Assembly: GCF_046119375.1 (NCBI RefSeq)
Contig: NW_027363790.1
Location: 310,001-374,000, forward strand
Source: Phyllobates terribilis
Taxonomy: Eukaryota
DNA: 64,000 bases
Direction: 5' to 3'
Both the position numbers and the translations under genes were made by a program. Below, piece after piece: positions 25,389 to 38,718 of this stretch (its first letter is position 1; each line of letters begins with the position of its first letter). The notes beneath the pieces were generated by a model that ran no database searches, was not told the origin of the DNA, and worked only from the letters and a program-made list of their open reading frames with translations.

Positions 25389-25708
25389 AGCTCGGAGTTG
25401 CTCTTTCCTCACTGTCTCCTCCGCTGTAGCCGCTCAGTGCTGAGGGGAGGAGATTGGAGCTGCTGGAACGCGGGCCTCCGCTGTAGACAGTTCCGCACTG
25501 TCACCACTAGATGGCGCTGCTCCCGGCTCCTCATACATTCTGCTGTGTAGCTCGGAGTTGCTCTTTCCTCACTGTCTCCTCCGCTGTAGCCGCTCAGTGC
25601 TGAGGGGAGGAGATTGGAGCTGCTGGAGCGCGGGCCTCCGCTGTAGCCAGTTCTGCACTGCCACCACTAGATGGCGCTGCTCCCGGCTCCTCATACACTC
25701 TGCAGTGT
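25389..25708. repeat. 160-bp tandem duplication, each unit with a CTCF-like motif
   Basis: Period 160; CCACTAGATGGCGC at 25504-25517 and 25664-25677. Confidence 0.85.
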
Positions 25709-25790
25709 ATCCGTCTCTTCTGCTTTTTGATGCTTTTTTTAGGAAATTGTTCAGGTGTTTAACCCCTTAAGGATGAAGCCAATTAAGTCC

Positions 25791-28700
25791 TTAACCCCTT
25801 AACCCCCGAGGGTGGTTTGCGCGTTAATGACCAGGCCAATTTTTACAATTCTGACCACTGTCACTTTATGAGGTAATTACTCTGGACCGCTTCAACGGAT
25901 CCCCCTGATTCTGAGACTGTTTTTTCGTGACATATTGTACTTCATGATTGTTGTAAAATTTCTTCGATAACACTTGTGTTTATTTGTGAAAAAAAATGGA
26001 AATTTGGTGAAAATTTTGAAAATTTAGCAATTTTCAAACTTTGAATTTTTATGCCCTTAAATCGGAGAGATATGTCACAGAAAATAGTTAATAAATAACA
26101 TTTCCCACATGTCGACTTTACATCAGCACAATTTTGGAACCAAAATTTTTTTTTGTTAGGGAGCTATAAGGGTTAAAAGTTGACCAGCGATTTCTCATTT
26201 TTACAACAAAATTTAGAAAACCATTTTTTTAGGGACCACATCACATTTGAAGTCACTTTGAGGGGTCTTTATGACAGAAAATACCCAAAAGTGACACCAT
26301 TCTAAAAACTGCACCCATCAAGGTGCTCAAAACCACATTCAAGAACTTTATTAACCCTTCAGGTGCTTCACAGGAACTGAAGCAACGTGAAAGGAAAAAA
26401 TGAACATTTAACTTTTTTCACAAAAGATTTACTTCAGACCCAATTTTTTTATTTTCACAGGGGTAACGAGAGAAAATGGACCCCAAAATGTGTAGTGCAA
26501 TTTCTCCTGATCTCGTACATACCACTGGTGGGAAAACCACTGGACGCACGGCAGGGTTCGGAAGGGACGGAGCGCCATTGGACTTTTTGAATGGAAAATT
26601 TGCTTGAATAATTAGCGGACGCCATGTCACGTTTGGGGAGCCCCTTATGTGACTAAACAGTGGAATCCCCCCACAAGTAACACCATTTTGGAAACTAGAC
26701 CCCTCAGGGAACTTATCTAGATGTGTGGTGGGCACCTTGAACCTCCAGGAGCTTCACAGAAGTTTATAATGTAAAGCCGTGAAATTAAGAAAATCTAATT
26801 TTTTTCCACAAAAATGTAATTAAACCCCAATTTTTTTTTATTTTCACAAGGGTAACAGGAGAAAATGGACCCAAAAATTTGTTGTGCAATTGCTCTTGGG
26901 TACGGACATACCCTATATGTAGGGGAAAACTATTGTTTGGGCGGACGGCAAGGAAGGAAACTACACCTCTCAAGGATTTTATCCAGGGGTATAGTGAGCA
27001 TTTTTAACCTACAGGTACTACACAGAATTTAATACCATTAGGTCATCATATAGGAAATGGACCCCATAATTTGTTATGCTATTTCTCCCGAACGCGATAA
27101 TGCCCCATATGTCATCAGAAATTACTGTTAGGCCACACGTCAGGGCTGAGAAGGAAGGAGCGCTATTTGGCTTTTGGAGCATAGATTTTGGTAGAATAGT
27201 TTGTGGATGACATTTGCGGAGCCCCAAAGGTGCCAGAACAGCAGAAAAACCACAAAAGTGGCCCCACTGTCGAAAGTACACATCTCAATGAATTCATCTA
27301 CTGCTGCAGTGACTATTATGTAACATCCACGCCAGGCTTTATTCTGGAGAATTCCAAATATACCAGTTTAGTGCCCATACATAGCGCCCCCATACATTTC
27401 TCACACACCTCGTAAATTAAGTACTCTCCCCGCTACAATAATGCCAAACATGTGGCCACTTAATGCAGTTTAGGTACAGTGGGGCATTTGGATTTGGGAG
27501 ATCAGAATTCACTGGATTTTATTTGAGGGGACGGGAGCTGTCACTTTTCCAGAGACTTTGTTCTACCAGTAACGTGGGACCCCCTATAGTCCTCGTGACA
27601 GATGACGGACCTGAGAGGCAGCTGGTTTTGTGTGGGATAAATTAGGGGTTTTATTGGTAACATTTTGGGGTACATAATTATTGATTGCTTCCAGAATAAG
27701 ACTGGATCGCCAGTCTACGCTGAGAACTTACGACAGGGTTTCCATGTAAATCCCACAAAAATGCGATTCAGACGAAACCCCCAACGGAACCACCCACCAC
27801 AAAGAGGCAGATGGAGACACTTTGGAGCCTGTTTGACATCTGCTCCAGTGGTCTCCATATTTTTAGGCGCACACAGACCTGTGGTTGTCCACACTTGTGC
27901 ACTAAAAAAAAAGCCTAAAATGATGGTACACCGCTGGAACAGAAACCAGTCCAAATGGACTCCATCAGCCTCATAAATGAGTGGCTCCATCTGGGTTTTT
28001 TGTCTGAATTGCAGTTTTGGTGAATTAACACGGAAACCCCAACGTAGGCGCTCAGTGGAGAGCGCAGGATAAACGTGAGTCGAGACTTATTCCGATTTTT
28101 TTGGAGGCACAATGAAGAAATAGACAGCAGTACCAGAATAGTTCTTGTTTTTGCGCTGTTCACCATGCGGTATAAGTGATAAGGCGGATTTATTCTTCGG
28201 GCCGGTGCAATTACAATGATACCAGGTTTATATGGTTTTTTTTAGGTTTTGTTGCTATTACACAGTAAAAATCCTTTTTTTTTATGAAAAGTAGTTATTT
28301 TTGTTGCCATATACTGAGAGCTGTAACTTTTTTATTTTTTGGTGAACAGAGCTGAATGACGGCTTATTTTTTACGTATCGAGTTGCAGATTTTTTGGTAC
28401 CATTTTGGGGCACATAATAATTTTTTGATCGCTTTTTATTCAGATTTTTCAGACACAGGATGAACAAAAACCAGCAATTCAGTTATTGTTTTTATTTTTT
28501 GCGCTGTTCGCCGTGTGGTAAAAGTGATGAGACTGATTTGTCCGCTGGGTCGGTGCGATTACAGCGATACCAGATTTATATATTTTTTTTATGCTTTGCA
28601 ATTTTTACAGACTAAAAACTGTATTTTACAAAAAAGAAAATTGATTTTGCATCGTCGCATTCTGAGAGCTGCAACTTTTTTATTTTTTTGCCGAATGAGC

Positions 28701-29700
28701 CATATTATGGCTTTTTTGCGGGATGATTTGATCGCTTTTTATTCACTTTTTTTGTGAGTCAGTATAATGAAAAAGCATCACTTTTGGCGTGTTTTTTTTT
28801 TTGCTAAACGAACTAAATAACAACACAACAGTTTTATAGAGCAGGTTGTTCCAGATGCGGTGATACCAATTATGTGTATGTTTCCTTTATTTTTGAGCTG
28901 CAAAACGGATTTTAGTGATGTGTGCACTTTGTGTTTTTTTTTTTTACTTTTTTACCAAGTCCCACTGTGGAACATGTGTGATTGTCACTTTGATATGTGG
29001 TCTCATACTCTGCAGTAACTCTGTACTGCAGTGTATGAGACCTGTCAGTGAGTCATGTCTGACTCACTGACTGTGCCTGTGAGAGCCGGCTTGTTGCTGG
29101 ATCTCACAGGCCACCGTACCCTGGGATCATCACATGATCTCAGGGTACCATGGTAACCATAGGGACCCGCGATTCTCATCGCGGGGGTCCAATGGTTATT
29201 AAGGGGGGTATTTCTTGTCATAAAGGGCCCTCAAAGTCACTTCAAATGTGATGTGGTCATTAAAAAAATGGTTTTCTAAATCTTGTTGGAAAAATAGGAA
29301 ATCGCTGGTCAACTTTAAACCCTTATAGCTCCCTAGCAAAAAAAAATTGGGTTCCAAAATTGTGCTGATGTAAAGTAGACATGTGGGAAATGTTATTTAT
29401 TAACTATTTTGTGTGACATATCTCTCTGATTTAAGAGCATGAAAATTAAAAATTTAGAAAATTGCTAAATTTTCAACATTTTTGCCAAATTTCCGATTTT
29501 TTTCACAAATATACGCAAGTCATATCGAAGAAATTTTATCACTATCATGAAGTACAATATGTCATGAAAAAACAATCTCAGATTCAGTGGGATCGTTGAA
29601 GCGTTCCAGAGTTATTACCCCATAAAGTGACAGTGGTCAGAATTGTAAAAATTGGCCCGGTCATTAACGTGCAAACGACCTTCAGGGGTAAAGGGGTTAA
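25791..29700. mobile_element. 3.9-kb non-autonomous piggyBac-like element with ~490-bp TIRs
   Basis: TTAA at 25791-25794 and 29697-29700, CCCC/GGGG termini; 25795-26286 is the reverse complement of ~29214-29696; no coding capacity. Confidence 0.85.
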
Positions 29701-31173
29701 GGGAAAGTTGAGTGGAAAGAAAAATTGTGGTAGGAAAAGGTGCACAAGCAACCGGGATAACCGCAGCCTGAAAGGATTGTTAAAAAAGGCCATTCAAAAA
29801 TTTGGGGGAGATTCACAAGGAGTGGACTGCTGCTGGAGTCATTGCTTCAAGAGCCACCACACACAGACGTATCCAGGACATGGGCTACAATTATCGCATT
29901 CCTTGTGTTAAGCCCCTCATGACCAATAGACAACGCCAGAAGCGTCTTACCTGGGCCAAGGAGAAAAAGACCTGGACTGTTACTCAGTGGTTCAAGGTGT
30001 TGTTTTCAGATGAAAGTAAATTCTGCATTTCATTTGGAAATCAAGGTCCCAGAGTCTGGAGGAAGAGTGGAGAGGCCACAATCCAAGCTGCTGGAGGTCT
30101 AGTGTGAAGTTTCCAATCAATCAGTGATGGTTTGAGGAGCCATGTCATCTGCTGGTGTAGGTCCACTGTGTTTTATCAAGACTAGTGATGAGCGAGTATG
30201 TTCTGTTAATCATTTCGCAGAGCATGCTCAGGCAAACACCAAGTATCTTCAGAGTGCTCTGTGTTATGTTTGAATCACTACTGTGTGCATGTTTTGCGAC
30301 TGTTTGACAGCTTTAATAAATGTGAGGAATGTATGTTTCTTTGACAACTTTAATACATGTGAGGAATGCCTAACAGTTGCAAATCAGGCACACAAGAGTG
30401 ATTCAAACATAACACAGAGCACTCTGAAGATACTCTGTGTTCGCCCGAGCATGCTTGTAAATCTCAAATAATGAGCATGCTCGCTCATCAATAATCAAGA
30501 CCAAAGTCAGCACAGCTATCTATCAGGAAATTTTAGAGCACTTCATGATTCCCTCTGCCGACAAGCATTTTGGAGATGGAATTTTCATTCTCCAGGAGGA
30601 CTTGGCACCTGTCCACACTGCCTAAAGTACCAATACCTGGTTTAAAAACAACAATAACACTGTGCTTGATTGGCCTGCAAACTAGCCTGACCTTAAACCT
30701 ATAGAGAATCTATGGGGGTATTGTCAAGAGGAAGATGAGAGACACCAGACCCAACAATGCAGACGAGCTGAAGGCTGTTATCAAAGCAACCTGGGCTTCC
30801 ATAACACCTCAGCAGTGCCACAGGCTGATTGCCTCCATGCCACATTGCCACATTGATGCAGTAATTGATGCAAAAGGAGCCCTGACCAAGTATTGAGTGC
30901 ATTTACTGAACATACATTTCAGTAGGCCAACATTTTGGATTTTAAAATCATTTTTCAAGCTGGTGTTATAAAGTATTTTAATTTAATGAGATAATGACTT
31001 TTGTGTTTTCATTGGCTGTAAGCCATAATCATAAACATTAACAGAAATAAACACTTGAAATAGATCACTCTGTGTGTAATGACTCTATATAATATATAAG
31101 TTTCACTTTTTGTATTGAAGAACTGAAATAAATTAACTTTTTGATGATATTCTAATTTTGTGAGAAGCACCTG
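29701..31173 (+). mobile_element. Tc1 element lacking its 5' end
   Basis: GRKRCTS, VLFSDESKF, QEDLAPVH, PDLKPIENLW fragments; 3' TIR ending GAAGCACCTG-TA; matching 5' TIR family seen at 62682. Confidence 0.88.
30183..30493. mobile_element. hAT MITE inserted in the Tc1 transposase
   Basis: TIR TAGTGATGAGCGAG / CTCGCTCATCAATA; perfect 8-bp TSD ATCAAGAC. Confidence 0.93.
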
Positions 31174-31276
31174 TATATATACAGGAAAGTGCAGGGTCAC
31201 TGGAGGACACTTCTGCTGTAATTTACACCACTTTTGTGTTGTCAATGTTTATGATTTGGTTTTCTGCTCCATCACT

Positions 31277-32100
31277 GTCACGACCCTCCCTGCAAATTTA
31301 TACCCAAACTCTTAGTTTTCAGTTGATTTTTGAGGACCTCACTCTAGCAACTCCATTTTAGTCTCCTCACTAGTGAGCCGTCTACAGTGGAGGCTAAAAT
31401 GATAAAAAGTCCTCACGTATCTGAAGCTGAACCCATGCAAGTTAACCGCCTATTAAAACGTGAAAGTGCTGCGAGAAAAGAACGGAGACTTCGGGAAAAT
31501 TTGTGTTTTTATTGTGGCAAGACTGACCACTTTCTCGTCAATTGTCCTTCTCAACTACATAAAGCAGTGGCAGTGGATCTCAACTTTTCCGAAGAAGAAT
31601 CAGTCTTGTCTGAATCAGCGCCTCCAGTGAATGTGGTCATCCATTCAATTTCTTCTATTGCACCCAACAGTAAAAAAGAAAACAAGGACTCTCATTGCTT
31701 TATTTTTATCAAGTTTCAAGTTGATTCTCAAATGATTTCCACATCTGCCATGGATGATTCAGGAGCAAAAGGCAATTTTATGGACATCTCTTTCGCAAAT
31801 GAACATGGGGTAAAAATTCAAAACAGACTTTCATCTATTATCATGGAAACTGTTGACAGATATCCACAAAATTCGGAACCAGTGAATCAAGAGACTGAAC
31901 CCTTAGAGATGTTATGGAACCTAATCACCATGAGGTTTTATCCTTCCTACTAATCTCATCTCCACATTTTCCAATAATCCTCGGGTTTCCATGGCTACAG
32001 ACTCAAAATCCCACTATCAATTTGGAAACCAAAGAAATGTCTTTTCCATCTACTGTACCCTTCCCACAGGCTTCACCAAATGAAGAGTTTGTAGAGGATT
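31277..32100 (+). pseudogene. Gypsy gag-protease fragment
   Basis: CFYCGKTDHFLVNC knuckle, SAMDDSGAKGNFMD protease motif, LGFPWL; boundaries approximate. Confidence 0.8.
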
Positions 32101-32383
32101 CTTGTGCCGATACAGTGTAATACTTTAATTAGCCAGATGATTAGATGTGGTAATCCAAAAGAAATACATTATTGGGTTTTATTAGAGATTGCTGGCTGTT
32201 TTATTAATGTTCTGCTTGCTCTTCAGTTTATGTACACTAATTTAACTTGTAAAGTGTTCAGCATTCCACTAATTTCATTACTATCTAAGCAGCCTCTAAC
32301 CATTTTTCAAAAGTCGTCTAGGCCTATTGTGTAAGTGTTGAAAGAAGATCCGGCAGAACCTTCACCACAGGGAATCTCACATG

Positions 32384-34345
32384 TATCATAGAATCATAGA
32401 ATGGTAGAGTTGGAAGGGACCTCCTGGGTCATCTGGTCCAACCCCCTGCTCAAAGCAGGATTCACTAGATCATCTCAGACAGATGTCTGTCCAGCCTCTG
32501 TTTGAAGACGTCCATTGAAGGGGAACTCACCACCTCTCGTGGCAGCCTGTTCCACTCATTAATCACCCTAACTGTCAAAAAGTTTTTTCTAATATCTAAT
32601 CTGTGTCTCCTCCCATTTAGTTTCATCCCATTGCTTCTAGTCTTTCCTTGTGCAAATGAGAATAAAGATGATCCTTCTACAATGTGACAGCCCTTGACAT
32701 ATTTGTAGACAGCTATTAAGTCTCCTCTCAGTCTTCTTTTTTGCAAGCTAAACATTCCCAAATCCTGCAACCGTTCCTCATAGGACATGGTTTGCAGACC
32801 AGTCACCATTCTGGTCGCTCTTCTCTGAACTTGCTCCAGTTTGTCTATGTCTTTTTTAAAATGTGGTGCCCAAAACTGTACACAGTATTCCAGATGAGGT
32901 CTGACCAAAGAGGAGTAAAGACCGATAATGACTTCACGTGATCTAGACTGTATGCTTCTGTTAATACATCCCAGAATTGTATTTGCCTTTTTTGCTGCTG
33001 CATCACACTGTTGACTCATGTTCAGTCTATGATCTATTAGTATACCTAAGTCTTTTTCACATGTACTGTGGCTTAGCTCTATTCCTCCCATTCTGTATAT
33101 GCTTTTTTCATTTTTATTGCCCAGATGTAGTACTTTGCATTTTCCCTGTTAAAAACCATTCTGTTGGTTGCTGCCCACTGCTCCAGTTTATTTAGGTCTT
33201 TTTGAATCCTCTCTCTCTCTTCTCTAGTATTAGCTATCCCTCTTAGCTTTGTATCATCAGCAAATTTAATCAGTTTACCCTCAATTCCTTCATCTAAATC
33301 ATTGATAAAGATGTTGAACAATACAGGTCCCAGGACGGAGCCCTGTGGTACCCCACTTGAGACATTCATCCAGCTGGATGTGAAGCCATTTACAACCACC
33401 CTTTGAGTCCGATCACTAAGCCAGTTATGAATCCACCTAACAGTTGCCTGGTCCATTGCATACTTGGTCATTTTTTCAATAAGGATGGTGTGAGATACTT
33501 TGTCAAATGCTTTGATGAAGTCAAGATATACTATATCTACAGCATTTCCCTGATCCACCCAGTCAGTGATTCTGTCATAGAAGGAAATTAAGTTAGTCTG
33601 ACATGACTTGTTAGTTACAAACCCATGCTGACTCTGGTTAATCACTTCATTCTTATCCATGTACTTACATACATGTTGTTTAATAATTTGTTCAAAGATC
33701 TTTCCTGGTATAGAAGTCAGACTCACCGGCCTATAGTTCCCTGGGTCCACCTTCTTCCCCTTTTTGAAGATAGGAACAACATTTGCTCTTCTCCAGTCTT
33801 CTGGGACTTCTCCTGTTCTCCAAGAATTTTCAAAGATTATGGAGAGTGGTTCTAAAATTTCTTCTACGATCTCCTTCAGTACTCTGGGGTGTAATTCATC
33901 TGGACCTGGAGACTTGAACTCATTTATGTTAGCTAAATATTCCCTCACAATCTTTCTGTTTACAGATAACTTGGATTCCTCTATTCCTTTAAAAGGACAG
34001 TGAAGATCAGTTGATGTTACATTTTCTTTCTGAGAGAAAACAGATGCAAAATAGGAATTAAAAAGTTCGGCCTTCTCAACATCCTCTCTTACTATTTCTC
34101 CATTTTCATCCTGTAAAAATCCTATAGCATCTTTGACTTTTCTTTTACTTTTGACATACCCCCAAAATCCTTTTTTATTGCTTTTGACATCTCTTGCAAG
34201 CCTTAATTCATTGTCAGCTTTAGCTAACCTGATACGTGCCCTGCAGGATCTGCAGACTGCATTATAATCTTCTTTAGATATGCCTCCCTCTTTCCATTTA
34301 ATAAACATTTCTTTCTTTCTTTTTAGCATGTGTTTAAGTTCTGTA
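32384..34345 (-). mobile_element. CR1 LINE, 5' truncated, one frameshift
   Basis: SPGPDELHPRVLKE, GNYRPVSLTS, KFADDTKL; 3' ATTCTATG tail at ~32384-32401; different subfamily from 21064. Confidence 0.95.
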
Positions 34346-35180
34346 GACCCAGGTGATGCGGTCGACCTGAGAAAGATACCTCCACTAATGCACACTTCGC
34401 TTTGGAAGGGGTGGGTGAAAGGAGTTCTGCCCATTCAAGAGACTTGAGCCCAGAGAAGCAGAAGGGAGCATGTATTTCTGTAGCTGTGGGACTTGGGACA
34501 GAGAATCAAGGAACATCAGAAAGATGAAAGGAGAATGAGAGACATCCTTCAGGACAGCAGATGGATTGCATGGCATCCAAAGAGACACCGATTTGAATTT
34601 CACATGATTCTGGTCTAAGGGTATGCTCCCTGACTGGAAAGATATGGATTTGCTCCATTTAATCATCAGAGATACCATAGATACTTTTGGGGAGACCAGG
34701 AGAGGACAAAGAAGTCACCTGGTCCCATGGATGTTGTTTGGGCGTTGCTAGGGTGAACCCGCCGGTCACCTAGAACCCATGGAGACATTTAGAGTTGCCA
34801 GGAGGGACCCACCGGTCGCCTGGCCCCATGGAAACTCTCGGAGAGGCCAGGTTGGGACCCTCGGGTCTCCTGGCCTTGTACCTTGATGGACTGCTAGCTT
34901 CCTAAGCTTACTGCTACCTCCTCTCTGTGGGGGCCCACCAGAAGCGGGGGGCCACTGGTTGAGGTAGTCGGCCCTGGAAGTCTCCAAAGGCGCAGTTGTT
35001 CTATCCTAGGCAGTCGAAGAAGGAAGGGTGAGACTGTGTAATGTTCCATCTTGGGTATATGATGGGATTGTTCTGTGTGTTTGTCAGTTTGTGGGTCAAT
35101 AAAGTATTGCCACGCTGTTTTACCCTCACCCTGTGCTGTCTGAGTAGCGTTACGCCCATGGAAGACCCCGGGTCTTCACA
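34342..35180 (+). mobile_element. Probable solo or partial LTR
   Basis: TGT..ACA bounds, AATAAA at ~35098; no matching TSD found. Confidence 0.4.
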
Positions 35181-35489
35181 ATCCTGAATAATCTTCTAAA
35201 CTACCATCTGTGTATAAAGAATTTGATGATGTATGTGACAAGTAGTATTGTGTCTAGGTGTTAGCCTAGTTTCCAGTCTCCAAGCTCCTGAACATTTTCC
35301 TAGATTGTTCTCACCCATCTACGGATTGTTCCTACAACTCCTTTTGCTAACTACAAGAACTTCTGCTACTGCTTGCTCTTCTGCTCGTGCTCCTTTGGCC
35401 ACTGGTTTCCTGCAGTACTGTGCCGGTATCGTAGCACGCCGTCCAATCAACCTTACTGCATTTGGTGGTATCTGAGCAGAAAATATCGG

Positions 35490-36334
35490 CCATTGGAAAC
35501 CAAGCATGCCTGTAACTTCACACAGCCGCCACCATGTGTTACAAAAGATGTGCTGTGTTTGGATCATGAGCCGTTTCAAGCCTTCTCCAAACTTTATTCT
35601 TCCCATCTTTTTTATACAGGTTGATATTAGTTTCATCTGTCCAAAGAATGCTTTGCACCTTGTGGTGAACCCTCTGTATTTGCTCTTATGAAGTCTGCTC
35701 TTTTATGGTGGACCTAAACACTGAAACACCTTTTTCCTGGAAAGTTTTCTTCACGTAGGTTCATATTGTGAAGGGGCTTTTCTTCACCATTGAAAGGATT
35801 CTGCAATCATCCACCACGGTTTCCTTCAGTGGGCGTGCACACCTTTTTGAGTCCCCAAGCTCAGAAGTGAACTTTTTTTTTTTGCAAAATATACCATTCT
35901 GTTAATTTAGCAACTCCTAATATTTCTGATCATTGGTAGATTTGATCTTTTCTCTTCCATTGAGAGCTCATTTCTGTGTTATGGGTTCACAGCAACAGCT
36001 TCCAAATACGAAGCCACACCTGGAATCAGCACAAGACCTTTTACCATCTTAATTGATGATGGATTAATGGGGGAAGAGCCCATACAGCCAGTGAAAGAGC
36101 TTTTGAAATAATTGTCCAATTACCTTCGGTTCCTTGAAAAAGATGCAGCCCCATATTAAAGAGCTGTAATTCCTAAACCCTACATCCAATTATGATGTGA
36201 ACACCCTCAAATTAAAGCGGAGAGTTGGAACTTTAAGGCCAGACTGATTATATAATTTTATCCTAAATATGTTTTGGTAAACCGATAAAATGCCCAAACT
36301 CGTATCACTGTCCAAATATTTTCTGGACCCAACT
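35490..36334 (-). mobile_element. Degraded Tc1 fragment
   Basis: TIR-like GTTGGGTCCAGAAAATATTTGGACAG and scrambled transposase residues. Confidence 0.55.
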
Positions 36335-37073
36335 ATTTAAAGAAATCAAACCAAAGATGGCCAAAAAATAAGCTATTTGTAATAATGAGAAATGACACAG
36401 GGAATAAGTATTTAACTCACTCACTTAAGTTTATTTAATACTTCACACAAAAGCCTTTGCTGGAGATGACAGCTTCAAGATGCCTCCTGTATGGAGAAAC
36501 TAGTCACATGCATTGCCCAGGTGTGATTTTGGCCCATTATTCCACACTAACACTCTTAAAATCCTGAAGGTCCCATGGGGAATCTTCATCATCCTGGTAG
36601 TTGGCAGCAGATTGGCTCTAAATGCCCCAAAGTCGCTGAGGTTCTAATCCCCAGCGAGCCAATGGGATTGTAATATATGATGTTAACTGTTGTTGACCCA
36701 ATAAAGTCTTATCTGAGTGTGGTCCCCTATCCTGCATTGTCTGAGAAGTGTTATACCAACGGAAAGGAGTACGGCAATCAATAGGATGAACCCTGGCCCA
36801 TGTGGTCTTTCTAACACTGCTGCATGGACAGTGCATGCACACTCAGCTCTGCTACATACGCACATTTACATACACACAGCTCTGCTACATACAGTGGTGT
36901 TCAAAAGTCCTGCATAGGTATAGGATAAATTGATTTTTCAAGTTTTAAACGTTTTCTGTCGAATATCTTCGATGCTAATATGACATTATATATGGTTTTG
37001 TTCAGAATACAATTTTGCATTCTCTCCCTGTAATATTTTTAGCTTTTGAAGCAGTTTTGCCTGAAATTATTGC

Positions 37074-37495
37074 TGTTATGTTCTGCTACCAGAGCTAAGG
37101 AAAGAGAGGAGATCTGTCCCTACGATAGAACTCAGCTTAATCCCTACGATGTAACAGGGGACCTGATCCTGCGATCAGACCTGCTAAAGTCCTAAGCTAG
37201 TCTGTACGGAGACCTATAGATGTGGGGAAGGAATCCCTACAAGTACTAAGGACTGGGAGGAATATGGGACACCTCCTAACAGAAATAGTAGCAGACAGAC
37301 GAACAAACAAAATATATAGAACATAGAGGTCAGTAGACCAAGCAAACTAACAGAGCAAGACACAGAGCACAGGCTAGCTAGAAAGTAGATATACAATGAA
37401 GTCCAGCAAAGCCAGAAGGGCGGAGCAGGCTTAAATAGGCCAACAAGGTCATGTGACCAGCAAAGGAAAAAAAACCTAAGAGCAAGGTTCTAACA
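37074..37495 (-). mobile_element. Solo LTR related to the chromovirus LTR
   Basis: TGTTATG..TAACA, TSD ATTGC (37069-37073 / 37496-37500), clear but diverged similarity to 7192-7620. Confidence 0.93.
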
Positions 37496-37699
37496 ATTGC
37501 AACAATATGGGAATTGAAAGCACAACTAAATATTGTACAGCTTCAGATCCAAAATTAGCCAATCACAGATGAGGTTCTTGTGACCAATCATAACCTGGAT
37601 ATGGCAGCCAATCACATTCCATTACATTGCATCACATCTGCTGCTTTGTTTGCTTGTTTTATCTGTTGGTCTATCTAGTGAATCATACTGTAGAGCTTT

Positions 37700-38710
37700 A
37701 TGATGGGAGCCTTCAGATTTTTGTCAGCGGAGGATCGTGTGCGAGTTGTGGTGCTACATGAAGAGGGTTATACTGGCCCCCAGATCGCAAGGAAGGTCGG
37801 CTGTAATCAGAGTACAGTCGTAAGAATTTTGCAGAAACATAAGCAGCTTGGAATTACCCAGGACAGGCCCAGATCTAGTCAGCCCAGAAAGTCAACTAAA
37901 AGGGAGGATAGAGTACTGATAAGAACATCCCTTGCCAATCGAAAGCTCACCTCTCCTCAGCTTCTGCGAGAATGGCAAGAAAAGTGCAATATTGAGGTAT
38001 CAACATCAACTGTTAGGAAGAGATGTTTGGAAGCAGGATTGAGAGGGTACAAGGCCCGAAAGAAGCCATTGATGACAGCCATACAAAGACAAAGGCGAAA
38101 ACTGTGGGCATTGAAATATTCAAAATGGAGGAAGGAGGAGTGGGAAAAAGTGCTATTTAGTGATGAAAGCACTTTTTTCATTTTAGGAAATGATGGCAAG
38201 TCTTATCTGAGAAGGTTTCCACATGATGAGTACAAGCCAGTGTTTGAGCTTCTCTGTGAAACATCCGATGAAAGTAATGGTCTGGGGCTGTATGGCAGCC
38301 AATGGTGTTGGAAGGCTTCATATTGTGGAGGGTATGGTAATGCAAAAAAATACATAGACATCCTTAATAAGAAAATGCTGCCTTCTGCTCAACACCTGTT
38401 TTCAGGGGATTATATCTTCCAGGATGATAATGCTCCTTGTCACAGAGCTAAGAATGGAAAAATAGAACAAGGTGGCTACTATTGACTGGCCAGCCCAGTC
38501 CTCGGACCTCAATCTAATTGAAAATTTGTGGCACAAGGTATCAATAGAGATATCTAAAAAATAGCCAAGGACCAAGAGAGAGTTGATTGAGTCTCTGATA
38601 CAGGCCTGGAAGCACATCATCACTCGTGAACATCTGCAGAAGCTTGTTCACTCAATGCCACAGAGATGCAAGTTGGTGCTCAAGAGCAAAGTCTGGCCAA
38701 TAAAGTATTA
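37700..38710 (+). pseudogene. Tc1-family transposase pseudogene (element ~36892-39627, interrupted by solo LTR and MITE)
   Basis: HTH N-terminus, VLFSDEST, FQDDNAPCH, SDLNLIENLW; frameshifts and an internal deletion; outer bounds tentative. Confidence 0.85.
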
Positions 38711-38718
38711 GAAGCTAA

